Source: Pyrodictium sp.
GTDB lineage: Archaea > Thermoproteota > Thermoprotei_A > Sulfolobales > Pyrodictiaceae
DNA: 60,713 nucleotides
Reading direction: 5' to 3'
Assembly: GCA_015662475.1 (NCBI GenBank)
Contig: DQUB01000055.1
Location: 1 to 60,713 of the forward strand
Below, in pieces: positions 38,176 through 47,186 of the stretch; the stretch's first letter is position 1; every line of letters starts with the position of its first letter. A program made the position numbers and the translations under genes. Under the pieces are notes generated by a model. It did no database searches and had not been told where the DNA came from. It saw nothing but the letters and a program-made list of their open reading frames with translations.

Positions 38176-39522
38176 TCAACAAGAGAATTTCATAAACTTC
38201 CAGCCTCGCAATCCTAGGATAACGCCGTTCTTTCTTAAAGCGTCAAGTTCTCTAGCTAGCTTCTCCTGTCTAAACCAATAGCCATGTACTTTCCCTGTAC
38301 CTAAATGTTTTCCTAAAAGCTTCAATACAAGTGGATGTATTTTGCCAGGAGGTGCATTCTCGAACGGTGTTCCTGGTAGAGGTAGGAATGTGTGAGCGTG
38401 TATACGCGCTCCTATAGAGATTAGTTTTTCGATCAACTTTACAGTTTCAAGTATGTCGTCAACATCTTCGCCTGGCAATCCAAATATGAAGTCTATATCA
38501 GGTGTAAAGCCATACTTTACAACTAGTTGGGCTGCGTTTACAATGTCATCTACAGTATGGGTACGATGGATGTAGCGTAGAAGCTTCTCACTTCCAGTTT
38601 GTGCGCCAATGATAATATTCTTGTTGGCAATTTTACCTTTAACAATCTTCAGTATTTCTTCGACTACGTATTCGGGTCTAACTTCGCTGGGGAACGAGCC
38701 TAGAAAGAATCTTCCACCATACTGTCTTGTGAGCCTGTATAGTCCTTCAACAAGCTCTTGTAGAGCTTCAATGTTTGGTTTACCAGGCCTACTTTCACCA
38801 TAAGCGAAGCTGTTAGGTGAAATAAACCTAATATCGCGTAAGCCATGTTCCAACATTATCTTGGTATAGTGCAATATTACATCAACTCTACGGTGTCTCT
38901 CGCAAGTGCCGTGCATGAACCATGTTTCACAGTACCTACATAGCCATGGACATCCACGGGTAATCTCGATAGGCGAGAAGAGCCTACGCCAATAGGGGAA
39001 GGGTGGATAAGCATTGAGGTCTACGAACTGTCTTCGTCTCCCGGTAAAACAAACATTGTTGTCAAGCTTAACAGCTAAACCTCTAACATCTAAAATAGAT
39101 TCGAGACTCCACTCTTGTTTGAGGATGTTGATAACTTCATTCAAACTATCCTCTGCTTCACCGATAAAAGCTACATCAAATCCTAGCCTAGCAATAGTGC
39201 CATAGGGGTCTCCGCTTGGGTGAGGACCGCCAGCAATAAGCAGCAGTTTTCCTCTTGAAGATCTTCTCAAAAATTGTAGTTTTTCGAAAAATTTTCTCTT
39301 GAGTAGCTCTGGTAGCATTGTTGTCATCAAGGTCATGCCGAGCAATACGCGATAATCCTTCTCTACAAGGTTTTGGACTAATTGTATGATTCTAGCTACA
39401 TCGTCAAGCTTTTCTATGAACAGACGTACGTCACTATTTCTATGTTCAACTGCTGCAGCCACAGCGCGTATGCTGTACCGAGTATCCTTAGACTCTAATA
39501 ACACTAGTGCTAGTTTTCCCAT
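38176..39522 (-). CDS. radical SAM protein with N-terminal B12-binding-like domain
   Basis: CPWLCRYC (CxxxCxxC) preceded by a Rossmann-like N-domain. Confidence 0.85.
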   Translation of the reverse strand: MGKLALVLLESKDTRYSIRAVAAAVEHRNSDVRLFIEKLDDVARIIQLVQNLVEKDYRVLLGMTLMTTMLPELLKRKFFEKLQFLRRSSRGKLLLIAGGPHPSGDPYGTIARLGFDVAFIGEAEDSLNEVINILKQEWSLESILDVRGLAVKLDNNVCFTGRRRQFVDLNAYPPFPYWRRLFSPIEITRGCPWLCRYCETWFMHGTCERHRRVDVILHYTKIMLEHGLRDIRFISPNSFAYGESRPGKPNIEALQELVEGLYRLTRQYGGRFFLGSFPSEVRPEYVVEEILKIVKGKIANKNIIIGAQTGSEKLLRYIHRTHTVDDIVNAAQLVVKYGFTPDIDFIFGLPGEDVDDILETVKLIEKLISIGARIHAHTFLPLPGTPFENAPPGKIHPLVLKLLGKHLGTGKVHGYWFRQEKLARELDALRKNGVILGLRGWKFMKFSC

Positions 39523-39534
39523 GGAGATGCTGCC

Positions 39535-40593
39535 GTGGTACTACTTATGCAAGGTAAACAGCTAATAATTGTTGGTGCTGGCGTAGCTGGCACTATTGCA
39601 GCTCTTCTTACGAGGAGAAGACTAGGTGATGCTAGCGGAAAAATTGTGGTTTATGAGGCAAGTAAAAGGTATAGAAAACCTTGTGGCGAAGCAGTGCCAT
39701 CATGGATATTGAAAGTTGTTGAAGAACATGGCATATCTCTACCTAAGATACTCTATAGATTGCGGGTGCACGTCTTCGATGTAGCTGGGGTTTGCAAGCG
39801 AACTATCGAAGATGTTGAATGGGTAATAATAGACAAGAAATCGTGGATAGAAGAGTTGAGGAGAAGGATAGAAGATGTTATCGTTTATCAAGCAGTAAGT
39901 GTGGAAAGTGTAGCTAACAACACAAATAATATTGTTTTTGATGCTAGAGGGCCTTTCGTTGGAGATAAGGCATTATGGGTATGGCAATCCTATGCCGAGT
40001 GCAGCCATAGCGATAGTGCTATGCTGCGCGTCACGGTCAACCCTTTTGGGCTTGTATGGGTTTTTCCACGGGGTAAGTCTATTTGCAATATTGGAGGAGG
40101 ATTTGTAAATGTTAAGGAGCTGCATAAGCTTAGAGAAGTAGCTGTGAACGAAGTGAGAAGGATTATAGATGTAAAAACGTTTGTCTCTGAAAACTATTCT
40201 ATAATACGTGTTCCTCCATCGAACATAAGCGTATTCCGTAGTCCAAACATCGTAAGATTGGGTGAAGCAGCTGGACTAATTATGTCACTTGGCGGGGAAG
40301 GTATAAGAGCTGCACTATTGAGTGCAATAGCTGCTGCGTCAGCCACTAGTTTAGAGAATGAGACAATATGCTTTAACAAGCTGGTATATGTTTGGAAAAT
40401 CAAAAACTTGATACTTCAATCATGGTTGCAGAAGAAACTATTTGAAGTTATTAAATGGTTGACTGCAGAGAAAATATGCGAGCTCCTAAAAGCTGCTAAT
40501 GAGGATGTTCTGCGTATGTGGTTTGAAGGGCGCTTAGGATTATGGGAGGTCTTATTTGGTGTTCCGAAGATAGTGTTTATAGCCTTTAGCTAA
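39535..40593 (+). CDS. FAD-dependent oxidoreductase, geranylgeranyl reductase family
   Basis: IIVGAGVAGTIAA dinucleotide motif and PCGEAV motif. Confidence 0.75.
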   Translation: MVLLMQGKQLIIVGAGVAGTIAALLTRRRLGDASGKIVVYEASKRYRKPCGEAVPSWILKVVEEHGISLPKILYRLRVHVFDVAGVCKRTIEDVEWVIIDKKSWIEELRRRIEDVIVYQAVSVESVANNTNNIVFDARGPFVGDKALWVWQSYAECSHSDSAMLRVTVNPFGLVWVFPRGKSICNIGGGFVNVKELHKLREVAVNEVRRIIDVKTFVSENYSIIRVPPSNISVFRSPNIVRLGEAAGLIMSLGGEGIRAALLSAIAAASATSLENETICFNKLVYVWKIKNLILQSWLQKKLFEVIKWLTAEKICELLKAANEDVLRMWFEGRLGLWEVLFGVPKIVFIAFS

Positions 40594-41236
40594 GTTGCTT
40601 CTTTACAAAGTTTATGGTCGTCTTTACAACATCGTATATTGTGCCAGCGGATTCTGCAGTTAGTTTCCCACTCAATTTGTACTCCAAGACAAACAACTTT
40701 TTGTTCTTATCATAGACGACCTTTCCTTCAAAGTAGGGTTGATATGTCAGTTCTATCGCGTTATCCTTCTTCTTGACAGTTACTCCCACCTCTTCTAAAG
40801 CTTTAAGCACGTTGAGAGCAGCATCTATTCGTTCTTCCTCCTTAGTTGTTTTACCTCTTAGCTCCTCTATTCGTTCTTCGATAGCCTTTACAACTTCAGG
40901 GTATTCCTTATAAGCATTTTTGGCTGCCTCAAGTATTTCAATCAAAATGTTCATCGCATCAGCACCTTTAACAATACTTATAACTTCGTCAAAGTCCCTG
41001 CTACGTAGATAGTCTGCAAGTTTTGTTATATCGCCTCCATAGCTGCTAAACTTGTACTTGTCTTCAGCCCTACCAATACTCTTTCTAACATCGTCAATGA
41101 TCTGGCGGGGAAGTCTAACCGAGTATTTTGCTAGTATAGGGTTAACAATCTGCCTAAGGAAGTCTAGAGGTTTCCTTCCTTTAGACTGTGATGTTGAAAT
41201 AGCTATTGCCATGAGATGTTCGCCCTCCTCTATCAC
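40586..41236 (-). CDS. hypothetical protein
   Basis: 216-aa ORF with GTG start. ATG at 41212 is an alternative. Confidence 0.6.
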   Translation of the reverse strand: MIEEGEHLMAIAISTSQSKGRKPLDFLRQIVNPILAKYSVRLPRQIIDDVRKSIGRAEDKYKFSSYGGDITKLADYLRSRDFDEVISIVKGADAMNILIEILEAAKNAYKEYPEVVKAIEERIEELRGKTTKEEERIDAALNVLKALEEVGVTVKKKDNAIELTYQPYFEGKVVYDKNKKLFVLEYKLSGKLTAESAGTIYDVVKTTINFVKKQLS

Positions 41237-41295
41237 TCTCGAAGGTATAAGGATAAGGTTATCCTTTATACGTTTGGTTGGTAGGGGGATAGTAG

Positions 41296-41595
41296 GTGGA
41301 TATTTTCAAGTTCGAATCAACTATAGTACACGAGAATGTTGTTTATGTGGAGCTTGCTAGAGGAGAAGGTGTTAATGGTGGTGATGCATTAGTAGTTGGT
41401 GTGCAGATTTTCAAACCGCCTCCTCACATGCAGGGGCATGGTTTTAGAGATTTTGGTGTGCGTATAAACAAGTATAGGTTTTCAATGCATGTGGAATCTC
41501 TCAACATAGTTGGTACAAGTGAGGTTGTTGAATCGAAGCTTGGTAGCAAGATACGCTATTCGTTTCCAAGGCGGTTAAAGCGCTCATTAAGATAA
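41296..41595 (+). CDS. hypothetical small protein (weak)
   Basis: 99-aa ORF with GTG start in a 480-nt gap. No supporting motif. Confidence 0.3.
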   Translation: MDIFKFESTIVHENVVYVELARGEGVNGGDALVVGVQIFKPPPHMQGHGFRDFGVRINKYRFSMHVESLNIVGTSEVVESKLGSKIRYSFPRRLKRSLR

Positions 41596-41718
41596 GATAT
41601 AGTCTAAATGGTATCTCGATAACTGTGCTTGTTAAGTAGACTTTGACGGATTTCGTAATATGTACAAAGCAGTTAAGCATGTGAGTATTTTTGACAGTAT
41701 AAGCTGGTGTGAAAAGCC

Positions 41719-42222
41719 TTGGAGTCAGCCAAGTCAAAATTAATATTCAAGGTGGTGCAAATACCAGTACCTGAAGGTACGAGTATAATTATTGGTCAAG
41801 CACACTTTATCAAGGCGGTAGAGGACCTATATGAAGTACTTGTAAGCTCTGTTCCAGGTATAAAGTTTGGACTTGCTTTCTGTGAGGCAAGTGGGAAACG
41901 GCTAGTAAGGCATGAGGGTAATGATGAAGAGCTTAAAAAGCTTGCAATTGAAACGGCGTTGAAGATAGGTGCTGGGCATAGCTTTGTGATATACTTACGT
42001 GATGCATGGCCTATGAACGTCCTTAACGCAATTAAACAAGTTCAAGAAGTTATAACAATATATGCTGCAACATCCAATCCACTACAAGTAATTGTTGCCG
42101 AGACAGAGCAAGGTAGAGCGATAGTAGGCGTAGTTGATGGTTTCACACCCATAGGTGTTGAAGGCGATGAAGATATTGCTGAAAGAAGGTTGTTTTTGAG
42201 GAAGATAGGCTATAAGAAGTGA
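41719..42222 (+). CDS. adenosine-specific kinase family protein (PF04008-like)
   Basis: [54 protein letters not shown] and [15 protein letters not shown] blocks. Confidence 0.8.
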   Translation: MESAKSKLIFKVVQIPVPEGTSIIIGQAHFIKAVEDLYEVLVSSVPGIKFGLAFCEASGKRLVRHEGNDEELKKLAIETALKIGAGHSFVIYLRDAWPMNVLNAIKQVQEVITIYAATSNPLQVIVAETEQGRAIVGVVDGFTPIGVEGDEDIAERRLFLRKIGYKK

Positions 42223-42296
42223 GAGGGGCTCACGCCCGGCTGAATCCTCATACCCAGTATCGGCCCCGCCCTAGGGATTTCTTCATAGCCCCTACT

Positions 42297-43484
42297 CTAA
42301 GAGTTTAGCAACACTCTATTAGCTTCTTCTATCCGCCTAAACGCTTCTTTGATAACATTTGTATGAACGGCTAGACTGAGTCTGAGAGCTTGTTTTCCAT
42401 AGGCTTTTGAGAATATGGTACCAGGTGTTAAAGCTATGTGGGCCTTTCTGAGTAGATAATCAGCATATTCGTTTGAATTGTCGACTTTATCTAAAACCTC
42501 TCTTGAAAGTGTTATGAAGGCAAACATTCCACCTTCAAGTCGAACTGGTTTTAAGCCGAGTGTTTGTCTTGAAAGTTCTTCGACCAAGTTTTTCCGCTCG
42601 TGAAATATTGTGAGTATCATTCTGCGAACATCATCGTATATTTCAACAGCTTTAATTGCAGCTATCTGTACGAAACTTGTTGGCGAGGTATATATGTTTG
42701 CAGCTAGCGACTTAAGTAGTGATACAAGTTTAGAGTTAGCGATGAGGTAGCCGAGTCTCCAACCTGTCATTGCAAATGTTTTTGAGAAAGAGTTTACGTA
42801 GATGCCAACGTCCTCCCAACCACTTACATGTAGAATGCTAATGTGCTTCCCGTCAAACACATAGTCGGCGTAAACCTCATCACTAACAACTAGCACATTG
42901 TATTTCTTTGCCCTGTCAATAATTTCTTCAAATTCACTTAACCTGATCTTTAGTGCTGCAGGATTGTGAGGTGTGTTAACTATTGCAAGACATGTTTGCT
43001 CGTCTATCTTTTCAACGAAGTCGCCAACATCAAGTTTAAAACCGCCATCTGATGTTACAGCCAACTTTGAAAGTCTTATTTGAAGACCAAACATCCTAGC
43101 TAAATTAACATACTGGTAGTAGTATGGGTCTGTAGTAACTATATTTCGGCATTTTCTAGATAGTGTGGCGAGTAGAAATGCGAGGAATATAGCCGCTTTA
43201 GCACCAGGTGTGACTAGAACTTGTGAGGCATCTACTGTCACACCGAGACGTTTTTCTTCAAGTTGTACAATAGCTTTACGAAGCTCCTCATAACCTTGTG
43301 CTGGTGCGTATCCTGTATAACCTTTTTTCAGTGCATCGTTAAGTGCATCGATGATAGGTTGTGGTGTTTTGAAGTCTGGCTCGCCAAGCGTTAAATCGAT
43401 GAAATCTCTATAGATCTTCTTATACTGTTTCACTTTGGCTGCATATGTAACTGTTGATTCTAGTTTTAAGTCTGGCACTACCAT
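42297..43484 (-). CDS. class I/II pyridoxal-phosphate aminotransferase (aspartate aminotransferase-like)
   Basis: NPHNP, SDEVY and SFSKTFAMTGWRLGY (PLP lysine) motifs. The start is trimmed to ATG 43484 because the longer ORF overlaps the divergent gene. Confidence 0.9.
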   Translation of the reverse strand: MVVPDLKLESTVTYAAKVKQYKKIYRDFIDLTLGEPDFKTPQPIIDALNDALKKGYTGYAPAQGYEELRKAIVQLEEKRLGVTVDASQVLVTPGAKAAIFLAFLLATLSRKCRNIVTTDPYYYQYVNLARMFGLQIRLSKLAVTSDGGFKLDVGDFVEKIDEQTCLAIVNTPHNPAALKIRLSEFEEIIDRAKKYNVLVVSDEVYADYVFDGKHISILHVSGWEDVGIYVNSFSKTFAMTGWRLGYLIANSKLVSLLKSLAANIYTSPTSFVQIAAIKAVEIYDDVRRMILTIFHERKNLVEELSRQTLGLKPVRLEGGMFAFITLSREVLDKVDNSNEYADYLLRKAHIALTPGTIFSKAYGKQALRLSLAVHTNVIKEAFRRIEEANRVLLNS

Positions 43485-43536
43485 TGGCTCTACCGTGCAC
43501 TCTAAAAATATTTGAGAACTTTGGTTTTTAAAATAT

Positions 43537-44067
43537 GTGGGTATGAGTACAATGAAAGCGGTATTAGTGCTATATAAAGCACGTACTTTAAGGCTTCCAG
43601 GTATCGAGATAGACGTTCTTGAAAAGATCAGTGAAAAAGACATCAATAGTATCAGTGTAGACCAAATCGATAAAGCCTATGATAGGTTGATGGAGGTTGC
43701 AGAACGTGTGCTTGCAGAGGTTCGTGGTAAGAAAACCTACTATGTTGCAGAAGTAAGACTGTATAATGACAAGGGAGAAGAAATAGCTGTGTATAGCGAG
43801 GCAATGGGCTCCAAATCTGAAGCAATTAGACTGTTTCCAGCTCCAGCAAGGCTTAAGAGAATTGGTGTAGTGAAAAAGCAAGTTGTAAAGCAGAGTAAGT
43901 TTAGCCATGCACTTGTCAACTGGATAACGATGAAGGAGGATGTTTACGTGTATGAAGGCACTGTAAAAATGGATGAAAGTATCGAGTTTTTGATTCTAGA
44001 GACTGAGAAGGGCACAACGATAATATACAGACAACCAGTACAAATCACAATTGTGAGAAGTGGTTGA
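43537..44067 (+). CDS. hypothetical protein
   Basis: 176-aa ORF divergent from the aminotransferase gene. Confidence 0.55.
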   Translation: MGMSTMKAVLVLYKARTLRLPGIEIDVLEKISEKDINSISVDQIDKAYDRLMEVAERVLAEVRGKKTYYVAEVRLYNDKGEEIAVYSEAMGSKSEAIRLFPAPARLKRIGVVKKQVVKQSKFSHALVNWITMKEDVYVYEGTVKMDESIEFLILETEKGTTIIYRQPVQITIVRSG

Positions 44068-44091
44068 GTGTATGTTGGCTATTCGAAGGTG

Positions 44092-44148
44092 GTGATGAAA
44101 GACTCCAATAACGAAATAGTCTTGATGTGTGGGCTCCACCCCTTCTGA
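44092..44148 (+). ncRNA. box C/D sRNA with two guides against one 16S rRNA region
   Basis: GTGATGA-12nt-ACGA-aatagtc-TTGATGT-16nt-CTGA. The 16-nt spacer pairs with archaeal 16S AAGGGGUGGAGCCUGC (two G-U pairs). The 12-nt spacer pairs 9 nt with AUUGGAGUC, about 10 nt downstream in the same rRNA region. Confidence 0.85.
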
Positions 44149-44156
44149 ACCGCATA

Positions 44157-44486
44157 TTAACTGTTAAGCTTGTTTTTCATCACCCAAACACGATGTTCAA
44201 GCTCTGAAAGCACTAGCTCTTCTATCTGGCGCGCATGGACTCTTTTTAGATGTAAGTAGAGACCCTTTCTAGTGAATGGTCCACGACCGCATAAGCCGCA
44301 TCGAATAACACCTTCATCTTCTTCAACAATGGTTTTAGTGAGTTCGTCAATAAGACTGGTTAAGATGGCAGCTATGCTTTCAGATGCCACATACTCTCTA
44401 ACGTCGTATTTAAGTCCTGCAGCAGCTCTTGCAACAAGCTCTACTATACGTGGTAACATATTTGAAAATGGGCGATGTTGGTTCAA
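44157..44486 (-). CDS. small protein with a classical C2H2 zinc finger
   Basis: CGLCGRGPFTRKGLYLHLKRVH = Cx2Cx12Hx4H (44235-44300). Start overlaps the upstream gene by 4 nt. Confidence 0.6.
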   Translation of the reverse strand: MNQHRPFSNMLPRIVELVARAAAGLKYDVREYVASESIAAILTSLIDELTKTIVEEDEGVIRCGLCGRGPFTRKGLYLHLKRVHARQIEELVLSELEHRVWVMKNKLNS

Positions 44487-44974
44487 GATGCAGTAACCTC
44501 CGGAGGAGGCGTTGTTAGTAGCAATGCAGCTAAGTATGCTTTCTCGGTACAGGAGAGATCATTTGGCTCCTCCTCTACTAGCAGTGCTAGAGACGTGTCA
44601 AGACTGTACTCTACGACATTTGTACATGTTTCACCCTTTGCAGCTGCTATGATGCTGTATACTATTGTTTTAGCAATCTCTTCACCAAACTCATTAACTA
44701 TGGTTGGAAGCCATCGTTTCTGCCTATATAGATACTTGAAGATCTTTTCAGAGTACTTATAGTTTACTGCTTTAAGAAACATTGCTGCTTTCTCTTCGAA
44801 CAAAGCTCTTGCTTCCACAGAGTCAATGCCAAGTGCATCTAGAAGACCATATATTGATGCAGCATAGACAAGCTCTTCTACCACCATTTCTAGCTCTGCA
44901 TCTACTTGTGCATCAAGTGTAGGTGAGGGGTGTGAAACCCATGTACCTTCTACAGTGTGTGTAGTAGCCAACAT
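44483..44974 (-). CDS. hypothetical helical protein
   Basis: 163-aa ORF coupled to the C2H2 gene. Confidence 0.6.
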   Translation of the reverse strand: MLATTHTVEGTWVSHPSPTLDAQVDAELEMVVEELVYAASIYGLLDALGIDSVEARALFEEKAAMFLKAVNYKYSEKIFKYLYRQKRWLPTIVNEFGEEIAKTIVYSIIAAAKGETCTNVVEYSLDTSLALLVEEEPNDLSCTEKAYLAALLLTTPPPEVTAS

Positions 44975-45032
44975 TTACCCCCATCTTCGACTGACTAGCC
45001 TCTGACTTGTACGCACGCACCCCCGATAATAC

Positions 45033-45086
45033 TCAGCTGGACTAGGACCTTTCATCGGCAACCTCATTCCCGGATACACTCATCAT
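45033..45086 (-). repeat. copy 3 of recurring box motif, embedded in a C/D-like arrangement
   Basis: Minus strand reads ATGATGA-12nt-ATGA-ggttg-CCGATGA-15nt-CTGA. The GAGGTTGCCGATG core is shared with copy 2. Confidence 0.35.
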
Positions 45087-45173
45087 CTCCTACAACCCCT
45101 CAAGTAAGTCTAGTCTTACGGGACGGAATTACATATATCAACCCAGCTATAGTAGCATAGTAAGACTTGGGGT

Positions 45174-45536
45174 ATGCGGGTAGCCTTGAGACACACTTAT
45201 AGTGGTGCTGGAGTACAGCTTCTGCTCGATGATGTTGGTGAATCCACTAGGTATACCGGCACTGTATTTATCCTATTCTACTCAAAACGCTGTCCAATGT
45301 GTAGAGATGTTGTAAGTTGGTGGCATAGGCTAGTTCGCAACTATAAGGGTCAAGCTGTATTTCTAGCTCTACCCTACAACAAGGATACAAGGAGATTGTT
45401 TGATGGATTTGCAATAAGTTATGTGCCTGCTCTCATTGTTATAAAAGATGGTGTTATTGTGAAGCGTATTGAACCTGTAAGATCGAGAAAAGACTTAGAG
45501 ATGGCTATAATCGAAAATCTAATATTAGTACCTTAA
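45174..45536 (+). CDS. thioredoxin-fold protein
   Basis: CPMC redox motif in an FYSKRCPMCRDV context. About 120 aa. Confidence 0.7.
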   Translation: MRVALRHTYSGAGVQLLLDDVGESTRYTGTVFILFYSKRCPMCRDVVSWWHRLVRNYKGQAVFLALPYNKDTRRLFDGFAISYVPALIVIKDGVIVKRIEPVRSRKDLEMAIIENLILVP

Positions 45537-45560
45537 GGCAAACCTGTTGGAAGATTAGAT

Positions 45561-46307
45561 ATGACACTTCCCTTCTGTATCCGATGCGGCAAACCGGTTT
45601 CTAGAGCTGGACATCTCGTTAAAGGACTTTGTATAGACTGTTTTCTTGAAATACATGTTAGGCCGAAAATCCCTAGAAAACTTGAATTTGAGTACTGCAA
45701 ATCTTGTGGTAGTATACGTATTGGGTATCAGTGGGTTCCTGGAGGAGATATTGGAGAAGCTATTTTGAAGTTTGTTAGGGAATGGTTCAAGTTGCATCCT
45801 ATATGTAGTGGTATTGATGGAGTAAAAAGTTGTGAGGTTGTAGATGTTAAGCCTGTAACAGTGCCTTCGTGGAGAACCGTTGTCGATTTTGTAGTCGAAT
45901 TTCTTATTGAAGGTGTAGAAGAGCCTGTCAAGCATAGCTATAATGTCGAAGTGTACGCAAGACCAACTCTATGTGAACAGTGCAAAACTATTAGAGGCGG
46001 TGACTATAATGTGCTTGTGCAAATACGTGGAAAAATTGATGAGGAACTAGCTCGTATTGTCGATAGAATTGTGGAAGAAAATGAGCAGATAGCATCAAAC
46101 CTTGTTGACATTGTTGAAGATAAAAATGGTATTGATGTATTTCTTCTTGACCGTGGAGCTGCATCTAAGCTCATTTCCGAAATAACGAAATACTATGAAG
46201 CTAGTATTCGTAAAACTCGCGAGCTTGTTGGTGTAACATCTAGTGGGGTCACTCGATACCGAATGGTGTATTCTTTGCGCATTAGAGGTCCACGTAGGAA
46301 ACGATGA
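45561..46307 (+). CDS. NMD3-family protein (archaeal)
   Basis: Four CxxC pairs (CIRCG, CIDCF, CKSCG, CEQC) in the NMD3 N-terminal arrangement. Confidence 0.75.
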   Translation: MTLPFCIRCGKPVSRAGHLVKGLCIDCFLEIHVRPKIPRKLEFEYCKSCGSIRIGYQWVPGGDIGEAILKFVREWFKLHPICSGIDGVKSCEVVDVKPVTVPSWRTVVDFVVEFLIEGVEEPVKHSYNVEVYARPTLCEQCKTIRGGDYNVLVQIRGKIDEELARIVDRIVEENEQIASNLVDIVEDKNGIDVFLLDRGAASKLISEITKYYEASIRKTRELVGVTSSGVTRYRMVYSLRIRGPRRKR

Positions 46308-46396
46308 GGTATACCTGCAAAATAAAGTGGTTACCCCATATAACCCCGTGACAAGGGGGCTAGTGGCCAGAAGGAGGAGAGTGTAGGGTTCGAGCC

Positions 46397-46837
46397 TTGA
46401 CGAAACACAAATCAACAAGAGTAGAGGTGGACGATTACATAGTTGGAAAACACGTATTTGCTAATCTATATGGTGTTGATAGTAAACTATTATGGGACGA
46501 GGAAAGACTAGTAGAGATAGTTAAAAATGCTTCGAAAGAAGGTGGAATGACACTTGTAGAAGTTAAAAGCTGGAAATTCACAGGATATCATGGAGGTGTC
46601 TCAGTACTAGCACTTGTTGTCGAGAGTCACATAGCAATTCATACATGGCCAGACTACGGTTATGCTACAGTTGATGTTTACACTTGTGGAGCCCATAGTG
46701 ATCCTTGGAAGGCATTCAACTATATTGTTGAGAAGCTAAAGCCAAAATACTACATTGTAGGATATGCTGATAGAAGCAGTATATATATTAGAAAGGGTGG
46801 AGGGCGAGCCTCGGACGCCGTGGCATCCACATCCTAG
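46397..46837 (+). CDS. pyruvoyl-dependent S-adenosylmethionine decarboxylase family proenzyme (AdoMetDC or crenarchaeal arginine decarboxylase paralogue)
   Basis: GKHVFANLYG and VVESHIAIHTWPDYGYATVDVYTCG, with an E-S self-cleavage site. TTG start. Confidence 0.85.
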   Translation: MTKHKSTRVEVDDYIVGKHVFANLYGVDSKLLWDEERLVEIVKNASKEGGMTLVEVKSWKFTGYHGGVSVLALVVESHIAIHTWPDYGYATVDVYTCGAHSDPWKAFNYIVEKLKPKYYIVGYADRSSIYIRKGGGRASDAVASTS

Positions 46838-46904
46838 GTTTCGGCTTAAACACGGTTCCTCATGGGCACTAGACACACTATAGGTTGTTTGAACGCGCTC
46901 TGCT

Positions 46905-47126
46905 TTAGAGATTTACTCGTTTAGAAAATTCGAATACTGTGAGTGAGACTACGCGCCCATTCTTAATTCTGACAACTATGTTATCCTCTGTGAGAAACTC
47001 TTCATCAGCATCTTCTACGTCTAAGCCAAAGTTTATGTATAGGATGTCATTTTGTTTATCATATTCAAACCATATGCGGTCTATGCTAGCTAGCTTGTAT
47101 TCTTTTACCTCCTTTTCTCCCGACAT
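46905..47126 (-). CDS. DUF2283-family small protein
   Basis: YDKQNDILYINF...VVRIKNGRVVSLTV pattern typical of DUF2283. Confidence 0.65.
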   Translation of the reverse strand: MSGEKEVKEYKLASIDRIWFEYDKQNDILYINFGLDVEDADEEFLTEDNIVVRIKNGRVVSLTVFEFSKRVNL

Positions 47127-47186
47127 ACCCTCCTACCCATGACAAATAATGCGAAAAGGACAATTAGTAGTATATATGCTGTTATT

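Noticed and set aside
41249-41266. Inverted repeat AAGGATAA-gg-TTATCCTT upstream of the 216-aa gene.
   Set aside because: Arms of this size with a short spacer are expected about once per window by chance. No regulator is nearby and there are no repeated half-sites.
43485-43646. 54-codon N-terminal extension of the aminotransferase ORF.
   Set aside because: The extension has no homology-like features and overlaps the divergent 176-aa gene. Aminotransferase similarity begins at the internal ATG (43484).
46370-46396. GGGTTCGAGCC, resembling a tRNA T-arm, upstream of the AdoMetDC-family gene.
   Set aside because: No acceptor, D or anticodon arms can be drawn around it. It is more likely part of the 5' leader or SD region (AGGAGG nearby).
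46838-46904. Minus-strand ATGAGGA-12nt-CCGA half-unit between the AdoMetDC-family and DUF2283 genes.
   Set aside because: It has only one degenerate box pair, with no second half and no terminal stem.
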